64,000 bases of DNA from positions 3,658,001-3,722,000 of the forward strand of contig NC_042997.1 in NCBI RefSeq assembly GCF_006345805.1, read 5' to 3'. Below the pieces are notes generated by a model. The model did no database searches, was not told where the DNA came from, and worked only from the letters and a program-made list of their open reading frames with translations. Below are positions 1-13,569 of this stretch, piece after piece (within the stretch, counting starts at the first letter, position 1; each line of letters starts with the position of its first letter). Source of the DNA: Octopus sinensis. Taxonomy: Eukaryota. A program made the position numbers and the translations under genes.

Positions 1-619
1 GATATTTCTGTAAACTTTATACTTTACAGTCAGTCATATTCCTACCACCAATAATTTTATAATGGTTGTGAACCAGAATATGAATTAGGAAACTATGAAC
101 AAATTATCAACTACCATATTTTTGAGGATGAATTGAATGTATTCTATGTAAACAAGATTACACTTTTCCGCTTTAGGAACGAAGTATGAGTTTTCGACGT
201 GATAGAAAAATGGTCTATAACATTAAACACCGGTATACGTACAAGGAATAAGCTCAAATTATCTTAGATAGGAGGAACTGTGCTATTTACATTTCTACAT
301 GGAAGTATGTAATGTGAAATGTTCTGGAAAATTGGTACAAGTTTTCGAATCTTTAGAGGCTAATAACATATAGTACACGGCTTAATTTTTTATCAAATCA
401 TCAAATGAACAGCAAAATTTTCATCTCTGGTGTCAATGCACACATTGCTTTAATCTTATGATAACATTCAATTATCATTCACTTGAACACCCAAGAATTA
501 CTGGATGTTGACAGGAACATTAGAATGTTACGGACAATGGATATTATATTAGCCAAAAAAGGTGTTATAATGATTAGAGTGTATTTTAAGCACGGTGATG
601 ATGAGAGGAGTTTCATTAG

Positions 620-2100
620 CGTAAGAAATTGAGCAGCAACGGTGCAATTGTAACTGTAGAAATGCGTACCAGAAAGGAAATAAAAAAATCTGCAAGCTTC
701 GGATCTGCTTTTAAAGCTTTGATCACTTCAGCGTATAACAGAAACTCCTTGGTGGCGAAAGTAAATCGCCACCTTTTGGAGACGTATGCTGGTCCGTTAT
801 TGCTGCCCGATGTTGTGGCTGCTTAATTATTGCTGGTTTGTTGGAAGAGTTCATGGACATCTCACGAAATAGGGATTGGGAAGGTTGTGTCCGAAGTGGA
901 GACCATCGGCACCGTTCTAAAGGAAAGGCAGACTTTTGCAAGAGCTACAATCAACGTAGAGAAGTCGGTAGGCTTGCGGCTTCGCACTCGGAGATGCAGG
1001 CTGAATTTGTCAGACGGCGCCGCTGGAAGCTTGACTGACGGATCAGTTAAAATTCGTGGAGGACTTTTTTCTCTCCTGCCATTCAATTAGTAAGAGCTGG
1101 GTTGAGGAAATGAACGGTGTGTCTAGTTTTACCCAGAAATAGACAGAAATGAACGCTCAAGCAGAGGTAACGAATACCTACATCACCTCAATTATTATTT
1201 ACAGCTTAACAATCGCGCCGAAATCTGACTACTGCTTGAATCGTCTTGTACTTGTTTTCTTGTAGAAAGGTGGCATTCTAATAGTCAGATGGCAAATTTG
1301 CTGCCATCAACCTGAAAAGGCGGTGTAGGTACGCCGCAACACTTAATGGGAAGACACGATGGGTTCCACCGCCCAAAACGATACCTTCACGGCGAAGGAT
1401 TTTGTGTGCTTCGTTCGCGTGATATATTTATCCACATGTTTTTTCCTTGGCAGAGCTGAAGTTTCTGCTGAAACAAAGGCGGAGAATTGGTGACTGACAC
1501 ATAAAGTGTTGTTATTCACATCTAATCTTCTACCAGTGTGTTAATGCGTTAGGTTGATGTTCCACTCTAGCAATATGCAGAGGGTTAATGATGGGGAAAG
1601 TGAAAGTACATTATCAGGGAGACTCAAGTCATTCATAAAATCGAACTGTCTATTTCAGAAACTATTCCTGCGGTGATCTGAAATGAATAATATCCAGAAT
1701 TCTTTAAATCGAGAATACTACTTAAGGGTGCTACCTGTTCGTGACTGAGCTGTCACCACGGATGTGGTGACAGCCAGACTTGACCGAGTTTTGCCCACGG
1801 CGACGAAACATATCTGCACATACTCGTTGGATGTGCGAGCATTGCTATCGTCATTCAGGCTGCTATTGTCAGTCAGGCTTTACGATCGGTGGATATGATC
1901 CGCCATGACGTTTTAACGGGAATTGGTACCTAAGAGAAAATCTGGGGAGTTGATGAAAAGAAATTAACTTGTGTTTTCTGGAGTTTATGTGTTTATTGAT
2001 TACAATCGGTGTTTATTTTTATCCGATCCCTTTACACATAATCCTTAGATGAGTGGGTTTTGTAAGGTTGTTTGTTTAGTGAAAGTGTATGGATACCCAT
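620..2100 (+). mobile_element. Decayed L1/Tx1-like LINE, 3' part of ORF2 (RT C-terminus to Cys/His finger)
   Basis: Translations KKSASFGSAFKALITSAYNRNSLVAKVNRHLLE, ATINVEKSVGLRLRT..DGSVKI, AEVTNTYITSIIIYSLT, FL*KGGILIVRWQICCHQP and HGDETYLHILVGC follow the order of Tx1-type ORF2 motifs. Many stops and frameshifts. Confidence 0.75.
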
Positions 2101-2814
2101 AGATTATCAGAAGTATGGTGTTGGTGTTTTGCTCTCTATCTCACTGCATGTACTAGATATCCTGTAAATCTCATTTCTCATAAACGCTATCTTATCTCTG
2201 ATGAGCAAGGATGGAATATAATGCACAAGGAGGCTTTTGAATACCACTCTCTTGTAAAATGTATCAGAGATGGAACCGTTCTGAGAAATTTTGATTCAAG
2301 CGGATAAATGAAACCAGTTTTATCCTGGTGTGCCACTTGAAATTTATCGATTAATCAATATTGTTTAACAACATGTATATTTTAATAGCCTCCTTATGAG
2401 ATGTTGTTGCTATGGTGACATTACACACTACGTGGTGAAAAAGGGACATAAGTGACAGTTGACCAGATTAAATATGTGATGGTCTTTAGGTGTGACATGT
2501 TTGACCTCATCATGTTTGTAAATGGATCACTCAAATTGGAAGAAATTATTGCCTTTTATAGTAGTTGTATATAACATATATAAGCAACGACAAGAATGAT
2601 TCGCAGAATAGAAATCGCCATTCAAACTACTTTAGGGTAATCTACACAGAACGCCGTATTGCTATACTATGATATATGAAACAGAAATGCTTCTCCAATT
2701 TAGTAAATACACTTATAACGGAATAGTCAGTGTGTAACCACACGAATATTCTTTAAGAAAAGTTACTTAAAATTTTCTTTAAAATTAATGAAAGTGACGC
2801 AGCAACTTTCTCTT

Positions 2815-3000
2815 TCTTTTTCTCTCTCTGCCTCTCTATGTACCTCTGTCTCTCTATCTATCTCTTTCTCTAACACACACTCTCTCTCTCTCTACATATC
2901 TCTATCTCTATCTCTATCTCACTGTATTCCCTCCTTGTATCTCTCGTGTCTCAGTTGTCTGTGTCTCTCCCCCTCGTTCTCCCTTTCACTTTCTCACTCC
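2815..3000. repeat. (CT)n/(CTAT)n low-complexity tract
   Basis: Seen directly. Confidence 0.9.
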
Positions 3001-3384
3001 TTTGTTGATGACATCAGGTCTGCCATAGAACGTATTCCGTACAGGCGTTCCGTCTGTTTATGCATGCTATGCTAAGGACTTTTGGAACATTTCAATAATC
3101 CCCAACATCAAGTTCTTACGGAAGTGATTACTCATCGGTGCTCATATCATTTATAGAATAGCTACTACATTGTAGTGAACCAATGACAGCATTAATAATA
3201 ATGATTTATGTTCCACAAGAAGGATACACGTTCGGGAAATTACACGAAGAGAAATATAAAACATTGGCGGTTTTCATAAAACCAGTAGAAGTGAAAGTAA
3301 AATCAAAAATATGTAACAATATATTATGGACAATGAAAGGTTATCCAGTAGGAATTAGAGTCAAATAGAATGAATCATAGAACC

Positions 3385-3402
3385 ACTACCAGCAACAACA
3401 CC

Positions 3403-3455
<53 letters not shown>

Positions 3456-4090
3456 TGTCGTCGTCGTTGTCGTAGACTTTGTCTTCATCATTGTCCTGCT
3501 CCACTTCATCGTCACCATTATCATGTTGGTTGTTTTCTTCGTCCACTTCTGCTTTAACATGATTTTTAACAGCACCACCAGATCTACCTTTAATGTCACC
3601 GCCGCCTCCGCAACCACTGCCACGGCAATTGTTATCGTCGACGTCGTCTTCAAGATCACCATCACCAGCAACACCATCAGCAACACCACCACCACAATCA
3701 TACCATCATCATCATCACTTTCATCATCATCATCATCATCATCGTCGTCGTCGTCAACGCCATTATCATGATCATGATGGTCATCATGATGATCATCATC
3801 GTTGTCGTCATCGTCGTCGTCATCATCAAAATCATCATCTTTGACGTTTTATTGTTGTTGTCACCTTCATCAACCTCATCATCATCACCATGAAATATCT
3901 GCCCCCTTCTCATCATTATTGTATTCATCTTTCTCATCTTTCTCCGCATAAAGATTATCATTGTCATATTCACAATAATTATCTTCATTAAAATCATCAA
4001 CAACCGCTGCAGCAAAAATAGAAGCAGAATTAAGAAGAAAAATCTTCAGCAACATGATCGTTGTCTCTATTTCCTTCACATAATGTATCA
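3385..4090. repeat. Decayed trinucleotide (ATC/ACC/GTC)n low-complexity region
   Basis: Triplet-phased repeats; source of the poly-I/T/H/D ORFs in the track. Confidence 0.85.
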
Positions 4091-5502
4091 ATATTCAAAG
4101 CTATTGATCCAATTTGTCATGTGATTTCTCTGACATTTAATATGAATTGCATTTTTTGAATCGTTGCAAGCTTGTCTTTCCAATACTAATCAGACAGTGA
4201 ATCGTATTGTGTCTTTATCAGAAGATGTAACATATGTGTCTTGTCTGTGACTCCGCCTGTCAGAAATCAACTGCGATAACATACCCACTCACTTCATGAT
4301 AAATTAATTTGTCTGAAACACACTCGTAGGTTGGCAAGCGCTCTAGAAATACACATCTTGAAATCTACGTCGGAAATCTATCAGCTTTATTGAAATAAGA
4401 ACGAAAAATTTATCAGATAACAACTCTTCTTTATGGAAAAAATATTTAGATGCATTCACTTGTGTTGACAACGTTAAAGCATGCCTGCCCCACAAATTGA
4501 AAACATGACTGAGTCGCAACCGGCAAACAGTCTTCTCTTATATTTCTCTGCGATATGTTGTGACCTGAAGATAATAATAACCACAATTATTTCCTAATAA
4601 TTTCGACGCCACCAGCCGTGATATAATAACAACATATAGAAGCCTTATGAATCGATGCAATTATTAGTTATGTCTGCTTTTCTATCAACATTTCTTTGGG
4701 GAATATATTCTCGTCTCCACGAACGAAAATTCTTCAACAATGCGAATAATATTCGAGCAGAGTAGCGCTTATATACGACTTCACAGCTATGTTATTGCTA
4801 TAAACTATTTCTGTGTAAATATTGTGGAATACTGATGAAGATAAAATAGTTCTAATTGTATATTCCTTTATGATTATAGATTTGCATTCGAATTATACTG
4901 GAATGCAGATAAATCATTTAGCCGAAGAATCAACATATGTGACGCGGCTTTCAATGTTTATGTTTATATTAGAATAGCAGGCATCCGAACTCACAAGTCA
5001 CTTCGTACCGACATACAAATTGCGATACATATCGAAATATGAAATCGGGGTGAGAACAACAGTAAGAATGAAAGAAATAATAGAAGGAACAATCAACTTA
5101 TGGGATGGTTGCAAACTGATATATTATCAATTTATTCCAATTGTAGGACGAACTATGCAGTAGTTATAAAAGCAAGTGTCTACGCAGTAATGGCAGTGCT
5201 AATATTGCCTATGCGTTTTCTAATTGAAACATATTTTCAATATAGCATCAATATATACACCTCTAAAGAAAAACTATACAAACTGAAAAGGATTAGATGG
5301 AACGTGGTAGAATGTTATCAATATGCAATATATTGAGAAACTGAAATGCTATAAAATTACTATGGATAGTAAAGTATTGAAAATTCGGAAGCGTTTTATG
5401 CCAAATTTAAGATTCTACAATGGTGGTATGCCTCAAGCGAGCCATTAAATTTGAGTCTATTAGATATGGCACAAGTTTAGTGTCTATATTTGTGTGCATA
5501 AT

Positions 5503-5560
5503 GCGGCGAACTGGCAGAAACGTTAGCACGACGGGCGAACGCTGTGGTCTTCTTACGGGT
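5503..5560 (+). mobile_element. 5' fragment of tRNA-derived SINE (family A)
   Basis: gcggcgaactggcagaaacgttagcacgacgggcgaa matches the head of the longer copy at 43415; A-box-like TGGCAGAAACGTTAG. Confidence 0.6.
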
Positions 5561-5828
5561 GATTAATTCTGTGGTGTCATTTTTGAAGGTTGGTGTTGGA
5601 ATTGTTGTTGAAATTATTGTTGTTACGTTCTTTTCTTTCTGTTGTTAATAATACCGTTCTGCGGGTGGCGGAGGGAGTGAACTTTTATTCCCTTCTGTGA
5701 GGGGGTAACTATGAATTTTCTTGTGGCGTTTTTCCAAAATTTATTTTCTTAAGAATGAATTCTTCCTCCGTAGGAGGTAAAAAAAAAACAGTGAAAAGAA
5801 CTATGAAATGAACTGTGGAATATTAAGT

Positions 5829-6880
5829 ATGTCGACGGCAGAAAAATTTGTAGAACCGGCTAAAAAGGTTTAATTTTGTGCGGCTGGAGTGAAAAAGGAA
5901 AAATTAGAGTATTGACGAAAATGTAATAATGCAGCACCAAAAAGATCCGCCCCTGAGTAAAATTATAGAAGAAACGGAAAAAAAAGGATTTAAAAGTATT
6001 ATTGTAAAGGAAAAGAAACTAGACAAAGCACCAGAAGAAGCCATAGAAAAATGCCTACAGCCGACATGGCACGAAACCTGACCAGAAACAAACGATTTAC
6101 CACGGCAGTAGTGTATTTCAAAAGTGAAGACAAACAAAAACAACCTTTAAAAACCACGCACATTGTATTGGTCCAATCATACTTATGCAGGCCCTCATAA
6201 AAAATTTTGATTGAAGAGATCCCGCCGGAAATAAACGCATCATAGCTACTCCCAGCCTTACTAATGGGAACAGAAGAAGAAATAACCTTACTAGAGGCCT
6301 TAAAAATACACCAGCAGAACTGGAAGGAGCAAGGCCTCGAGGTTATTATCCAAGTGGTGCCACAGGTCATGGAAATGATTGTAGAAAGCATATGCCTCGG
6401 AGAAGAAACCACCTTACGCGTAATTGTGGGGAGGGAGAAGACCTCCATGCTTCGAATGTGGAAAGAAAGGCCACATTCGGGCAAACTGTCCTACCCGTAA
6501 AGTGGAGACGGTCCAAAAAAGGGACGCAGGAGAGACGGGAAACACTGAAGACCGACCAGCAAGCTCCCAGTAATGAAATCACTCAACCAGCTGGGAGTGA
6601 AGACATATGGTCTAGGATAAAAAGGAAGAACCCAGATGCCACCCCCTCAACATCCAGCTCAAACAAGAAAAATGCTCACTCAACAGACACACACGAAACT
6701 CAAGCTTGCCTTCACCACCACTATTCCCTCCCCAAAACACCAATATCCCTTCCTTTCAACACTGATACCCTCCCACCCACTCCTGATATTTCACCCCTCT
6801 AATCCCCATCCTCTCGTCCGATATCCCTACCACCCGTACATTGCCCAGTCCAGGAAAATCATCCCTCCCCTCTAGTCCCG
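5829..6880 (+). pseudogene. LINE ORF1 relic (Tx1/L1-like, RRM-like region plus CCHC zinc knuckle)
   Basis: Knuckle CFECGKKGHIRANC at 6448-6489, preceded by ILIEEIPPEINA and RVIVG; frameshifted; no ORF2 follows. Confidence 0.75.
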
Positions 6881-6959
6881 GAAAAATCTCTGCTTTCTTT
6901 GCAATGAGGCGCTGTTTTAAAACCTACATTACCACATTCAGGCCCTTTATTTTAATATC

Positions 6960-7780
6960 ATACTTCCTGATCAGTGCTCTGTAATGTTGCCCAAGTTGAA
7001 GCCTCCCCTTTCCTTTTCGGCCTAACACTGAAATGTTTTTCGAGAAAATATTTAACCCCACCCTTATTATTTTAGTCTTTTGTCACTGCCATTCATTTCT
7101 CTTTTTTGAAATGAACACCCACATTTCCTGCTACAACGATACATGCTTACCCTAACTCCGATTAAATTATTTCTTTCTGAGATATTTTTGTTCTGATGTA
7201 TTTCAGATTTTCATTCACATTTTTTGATTCTTGGCTCAATTTCCACCGATCAACCTCTTTTTTAAGGTTGCAAATAATATCGCTATATTTCTCCTGTAGT
7301 CTTGCCTTTAATGTGTCTCACGTTGCCTGTTGCTCATCTGTCGTGTCACCGTTAGCTTCATTGTCTTCTTCCAAAGTATCTATATCTCTCTGATCGAGTA
7401 AGCTATCGCTGTTGGTTTTTTGTTTCTTTGTAGTTTAAGAGAGATCTCATATCTGTTTTCTGCTATGAAATTTATTTTATCCATGAGAACTGTATTTTCA
7501 TCGTTTCCTGTGCTGCTGTTTTCCAGATACTCGACTTTTGATAGCTTCAAGCTCTGTTTCTGTGAACCATTTTTTATTTTCTCATTGCCCGAGCTTGATC
7601 ACGTAATCACTGTTCCGTAAGTTGAAGCAATCCTCTTTCTGTCGATTGGGCATAAATATGTTGTCGATATCTCTAAATATGAGCTCTATTTTCGTTTATA
7701 GCGTTGGTCAGATTGTAACACTCCATTACCACATATTGATTTATTTGTTCCGTCTAAATCCTGTGTGCTGGCCTATTGCT
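6960..7780 (-). mobile_element. R4/Dong-clade retrotransposon, N-terminal fragment (divergent subfamily)
   Basis: Minus-strand LTEQ*LRDQARAMRK and ACIVVAGNVGVHFKK resemble the R4 N-terminal region; bounded by (ATT)n at 7790. Confidence 0.6.
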
Positions 7781-7789
7781 GGATAAATA

Positions 7790-7825
7790 TTATTATTATT
7801 ATTATTATTGTTATTATTATTATTA

Positions 7826-7909
<84 letters not shown>

Positions 7910-7930
7910 CAGTAATAGTAGTAGTAGTAT
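7790..7930. repeat. (ATT)n followed by (AGT)n microsatellite
   Basis: Seen directly. Confidence 0.95.
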
Positions 7931-8137
7931 TGAGTGAGAGAGCAGTGATAGCCACCAAAATGACATTGTGGTAAAATATACAAAACCCAGTATACCCATC
8001 ATGACTACCTGCCTGATTAGGGTACACTGGGCACTTGCATCACAACCATTTGTGCGCGACATGATTTCATATCAAGATAAACAGCACATGACCTTGCAGG
8101 TGGGGCCCAGTTAGAATTTTCCTGTGGTCGAGTAACC

Positions 8138-8140
<3 letters not shown>
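7931..8140 (-). mobile_element. Non-coding SINE-like repeat, truncated copy 1, with (AAT/ACT)n tail
   Basis: Clearly similar to 8190-8400 (gagtgagagagcagtg..gggcccagttagaatttt..ggtcgagtaacc); flanked by (ATT)n. Confidence 0.75.
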
Positions 8141-8189
<49 letters not shown>

Positions 8190-8190
<1 letters not shown>

Positions 8191-8535
8191 GAGTGAGAGA
8201 GCAGTGCATGCCATCAAAGCGACACTGGGGTAAAATATACAAAGTCCATTATATCCATCATGACTACCCGTCTGATAAGGGTACACTAGGCACATGCATC
8301 ACAACCATATGTGCGTGACATGGTGATCTCATATCAAGATAAGCAGCACCTTGCAGGTGGGGCCCAGTTAGAATTTTCTTCTGGTCGAGTAACCCATCCC
8401 GCTCAAAAAGTCCCTGAATAAGGGTTGTTTAAGTATGTTGAACGAAACACCCATGTTTCCAGAGGTGAATTATTCAAACCCTACTGAATGCCTTCCAACA
8501 TACGGCTATGATGCACCCCCACTTCAACATACGGC
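8190..8535 (-). mobile_element. Non-coding SINE-like repeat, longer copy 2, with (AAT)n tail
   Basis: Direct repeat of 7931-8140 extended by ~130 bp; (ATT)n on both sides; no credible ORF. Confidence 0.75.
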
Positions 8536-8610
<75 letters not shown>

Positions 8611-8690
8611 CATCATCATTATTATTATTATTATCGTCATTATTATTATTGTTATCATCATCATTATTATTATTATTATTATAATCATCA

Positions 8691-8722
<32 letters not shown>
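8535..8722. repeat. (ATT)n microsatellite
   Basis: Seen directly. Confidence 0.95.
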
Positions 8723-8725
<3 letters not shown>

Positions 8726-11700
8726 TAGTTTTATTTTTATTTTTATAGCGTGCTTTCACTTCACTACCGAGCACAGCTCTGTGTGCCTTGGGTATGTGCT
8801 GTGATTTGTTGTGATGCTCTGATGGTTATTGTATGGAAAGTGTTCTGCGTAGGATGTGTGCAGTGCCTAGTAGTGCAATTTTCTGTATGTTATATGTGTT
8901 TGTAAGTCCTGGTGTTTTTGTTATGTATTTGTCTGAATATTTTTTTATCATGCCTAATGCACCTACTATGATAGGAATTGTTTCTGTTTTCAGGTTCCAC
9001 ATTCTAGTTACCTCTATTTCCAGGTCTTTGTATTTTGAGAGTTTCTCCATTTCTTTTAGAGACACGTTGTCATCTGCCGGTATTGATACATCAATTAGAA
9101 AGCATTTTTTTCTTCATGATCTCTGACAACTATATCTGGTCTGTTGGCCTTAATTTCTCTATCTGTGTGTATCGGCATATCCCAGAGTATGGTTGCTTTC
9201 TCGTTTTCTGTGACCTTTTCATATGTGTGCCTATACCATCTTTTTTCTGTTGTTATTCCATAATGTTGGCATAGCTTCCAATGTATGTAGGTTCCAACTC
9301 TGTCATGTTTGTGAATATATTCCTTCTTAGCCAGGACTGGGCAGCTAGAGATAATATGATTTATTGTTTCTTGTCCATCTCCACATATTCTGCAGTTACT
9401 TGTAATATTTCTTTTCATTACATGTTTTTGGTAATCTCTGGTGGGGAGGCTTTGGTCTTGTGCTGCAATTAAAAATCCCTCTGTTTCTGCTTTGAGTCCT
9501 GAGCTTCTCAACCATTGCTGGGATTTTTCTTTGTCTTTTCATTTCTTTGCGTTTAGTTTAGTGCAGTATTTACCATGAAGGGGTTTTTCTTGCCATCGTA
9601 TTATCATGGCTCGTTGCTGTTCTATTTTTAGTTTGGATTTCATTTGTTTTATAGCTTTTGTTGTTTCTTCATCATCTTCTTCATCTTCTTTGTGTTTATT
9701 AGGTGGTATGATTTCTTGTTTGTATTTGTCAGCTTCCTTAAATACTGAGAACAGTTTTTTGTTTTGCTCGTGTTTTGCTGCTATCTGGATCAGTTTTCCT
9801 TCCTTCTGAAGTAGGTATTTTTGCAGTCCTATGGTGGTTATTTTATAGTAGTTTTCCAGCTGTATAAGGCCTCTACCACCTTCTATACGTTGTATATATA
9901 GTCTTTCTATGTCAGATTTTGGGTGATGCATCCTAGATCCTGTCAGTATTTTCTTGTTTTCCTATCTATGTTGGACAGTTCATTTCGTGTCCAGTTAAGG
10001 ATATTGTAGCTGTAACTTATAACTGGGACAGCTAAAGTGTTGATACCTATTATCTTGTTTTTAGCATGGAGCTCTGTTTTTAGTAGTTGATCTAACTCGT
10101 CTATAATATTCTTTTTTTATTTTCTCTTTCATTTGTGTGTGTTGTGTCTTATCTAGTTCATGGATTCCTAAGTATTTGTAAGTTTGGCTTTGGTCTAATT
10201 ATTTTATTTCATTGGTTTTATCTAGTGTGATGTTGTTACTCTTAACTAGTTTTCCTCTTTTCATGGTTACTTTGGCGCATTTTTCTAATCCAAATTTCAT
10301 ATATATTTCTTTGGTAAATCCATGAACTGTCTTTAATAGTGTTTCCAGCTGTTTGTCATTTGCAGCGTATAGTTTTAGGTCATCCATATATAAAAGGTGG
10401 CTGATCGTTTTGCCGTAACATTTATATCCGCATCCAGTTCTATTTAGCATATCAGATAGAGGTGACAGTGCCAAGCAGAAAAGGAGTGGAGAGAGCGTGT
10501 CTCCCTGGAATATTCCTCTTCTAATGGGGATGTCTTTGGTTTTCATGAGTCCCTCTTTGTTTGGAGGTGTAGGACTGTTTGCCATTTATTCATAGAGTGC
10601 TTTATGAATTTTATGATTGTTTGTGCTACTTTGTTAATGGCTAGTGTTTCGAGGATCCATGTGTGGGGGATGCTATCAAACGCCTTTTTGTAGTCAATCC
10701 AGGCCATACTGAGGCCTTTCTTCTTTCTGGTGGCTGTCTTCAGTTACGGCTTTATTAATCATTAGTTGATCTTTACAGCCATATGAGCCCTTGTGGCATC
10801 CTTTCTGCTCTTCTGGGAACAGTTTGTTTTTGTCCAGGGTGCTTGTTCAGCCTTTGCGATATCACTGCAGTAAATGCCTTGAACATAGTAGGGAGGCAGG
10901 TTATTGGTCTGTAGTCTTCTGGTTTTGTTGTTTCATTTGATTTGGGAATTAAGATGGTTTTCCCCTTCGTGAGCCATCAGGCATTGTCTCTGGCTCTGCT
11001 AGTATGCTGTTAAAGATTTCAGCCAGCTTTTTGTGTGCATCCTGTTAGATATTTCAACCAGAAGTTGGGGATCTTGTCATGCCCAGGTGCCTTCCAGTTG
11101 CTTAGTTTTTGCAGTGCCTAGGTGACCTCTTCAGTTGTTATGGGGGTCCAAAGTTGTTCAGATGCCGAGTTTGTTATTTTCATACTCCTTTTTTTTGGCT
11201 GTTCGTTCGCCGCCGACATATTTCTCTCCAGAATTCTTCCAATTCTTCTGCCGTTGGTGCTGCAGTGACTTCTATTTTATTTTTGCCCAGTTCTTGGTAG
11301 AACTTTTTGGGTTGGAGTTGAACTTTTTGTTCTGATCAAAGAAGCGTTGGCGTTTCTCGTACCGGCGGATCCTTTGAGCTTTGGCAAGGATATCTTGCTT
11401 CAGCTTTTCTTTTATCTCCGGCAAATCTTTTTCTGTGATGTTATATTTGCGGAGCATTTTTGTTCTCTTATTGTTGCTCAGTAGCGTTGCTTGTTTGCTG
11501 ATTTCATTAAGAATCGACAGGTCTTTTCTAATTTTTTTTATTTTGTTTTGGATGTTATTTATCCACAGGGTTTGTTTTGGTGGTGGTACTCCTGTTTGGG
11601 CGGGTTTGGGTGAGTATCCAGCTTCTTTTGTGGCTGCAGTGGCTGCTGCGTATATCAAGTCATTTAGTTCAATGATATCACTTTTTTTTTGTTTCAGTGG

Positions 11701-12730
11701 CTAGTTCAGTGACGGCTAGGTTTATGTTGTTTATAATTGGTGTTGTTATTGCGTTTATTTTTATTCTTGGGAGGTATGGTCGGTGGTCCATTTTGAGCTA
11801 TGTGGTTTTCAGTTCTTTGATTATTTCATTTTTTATATTATCATAATCATTAGGCTCCCCTTCGTTGTGTACATCGTGTTTGGTGGGAATGTTGCGTTTG
11901 TCTTCGTGTTTTACAGTTTCAGTGTTTATATTATTGGGCATTGTTGTGTGGCTTCTATCTACATTTTCCTGGTGTATTTTTTCTTTTAAATGTTCTATTT
12001 CTATTTCTGATATTTTTTTGGCTTTGAGAATGTATCTTCGTACGTTAGCTAATTTATTAGGGTTCATTGCTGTATCCAAGTCTATATCTCTATTATTTCC
12101 TTCCATATTTTATATGTATGTGTTGTTGTATTTTCATTTTGTGGGTAGAGCATTGCTGTGAAGTATGCGTGTAAGATAGAAATGTATTCCTCACGTGTCC
12201 ATTTACGTCTTTTGGGTTTTATTTGCGGGACATGAGGTACAACGTCCGGCCCATTATTTTGACGGTCGTCATTTTCGTAGGGTACCGGTCTGTTTATTTC
12301 TGTTGTCACATTATTTCGCACGTGTAGTTTTTCGTACATTTTTTGTTGTAGGTTTAATGTACGTATCGCTCGATTGTTATTCTTGGGTTGAATAGTATCG
12401 GTGGCATTTAATTTCATCGTAGTTCCTTTGTACATGGTGTTTGAGGTCGGGGATGATCGTGTTGTTCCACGCATGTTTACATGTGTTGTGTTAGAGGTGG
12501 AGATAATATCGAGTCAAAATACATCATTTCGTTTCGAAAATAGTAATAAATTTCAATTCGTATTACTTACTAGGATATAGTCCAATTCTTTGTTACTAAA
12601 TCTTTGGCTCCATAGGGTGTCCTTGTTTTCGATGTTTGTGGATAGATTTCGGAGCTCTGTATTTTCCTTCTTACATCTTAAACGTCCCCGGTGTCTTCTC
12701 TTACATCTTAAACGTCCCTGGTGTCTTCTT
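8723..12730 (-). mobile_element. Near full-length R4/Dong-clade non-LTR retrotransposon (RT + CCHC + restriction-like endonuclease), frameshifted
   Basis: In order on the minus strand: N-terminal RRKWTREEY (12082-12474); LKQDILAKAQRIRRY (11272-11658); RT IFQGDTLSPLLFCLAL and LLYMDDLKLY (10199-10585); MHHPKSDIERLY (9539-9931); CRICGDGQETINHIISSC and ANRPDIVV (9095-9511); KLSKYKDLEIEV..IPIIVGALG (8826-9065); 3' UTR ends in (AAT)n. Confidence 0.95.
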
Positions 12731-12900
12731 CTTCTTCTTCTTCTTCTCTTCTTCTTCTTATTATTATTATTATTATATTATTATTATTATTATATTATTA
12801 TTATTATTATTATTATTATATTATTATTATTATCATCATTATTATTATTATTATCATCATCATTATTATTATTTTTATTATATTATTATTATTATTATTA

Positions 12901-12970
<70 letters not shown>

Positions 12971-12987
12971 CATTATTATTATTATTG
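12727..12987. repeat. (CTT)n then (ATT)n microsatellite
   Basis: Seen directly. Confidence 0.95.
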
Positions 12988-13344
12988 GTTGTCTTTGCAC
13001 AGCTTCTAACCCTGAAGATGTACTACGGCGTCAGCTGTTCACTACCACTGAACTAAAGTAACATATCTTAGTTTTCGATCAGCATCTAGAGTATTCGAGC
13101 AGTTCGAAGCAGTGCTGTTTTCTGCAAGTGCTCCTTCCTTAATGCAGCCCCTATTTGTTGCATGTACTTTTGAAGTTCCTTTCTCACTGTTCCCAGGGCT
13201 CCAAATATTATCGGTACTACTACCCCCTTTTTATCGACTAACCTCCCAAGCTAACCTGTCTTATCTATCGACAATTTCTTACTTCATTATCACATACATT
13301 GTGCCTGCTAGGCATGATTTATCTATAATCCAGCATCGTTTTTC

Positions 13345-13490
13345 TTTTTCAGTTAGCATTATTATTATTGTTGTTATTTATTATTATAATTATTATTATT
13401 ATAATTTTATTATTATTTTTATTAATATTATTATTATTTTTATTATTATTATTATTATTATTATTGTTGTTATTATTATTATTATTATTA

Positions 13491-13530
<40 letters not shown>

Positions 13531-13568
13531 TATTACTGTTGTTGCTTTTGTTGTTGTTTTCGTTATTA
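13345..13568. repeat. (ATT/GTT)n microsatellite
   Basis: Seen directly. Confidence 0.95.
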
Positions 13569-13569
13569 T

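Noticed and set aside
12400-12730. HDV-like ribozyme at the R4 5' end, as known for some R2/R4 elements
   Set aside because: I could not find a P1/P3/L3 pattern by eye; needs an RNAmotif search
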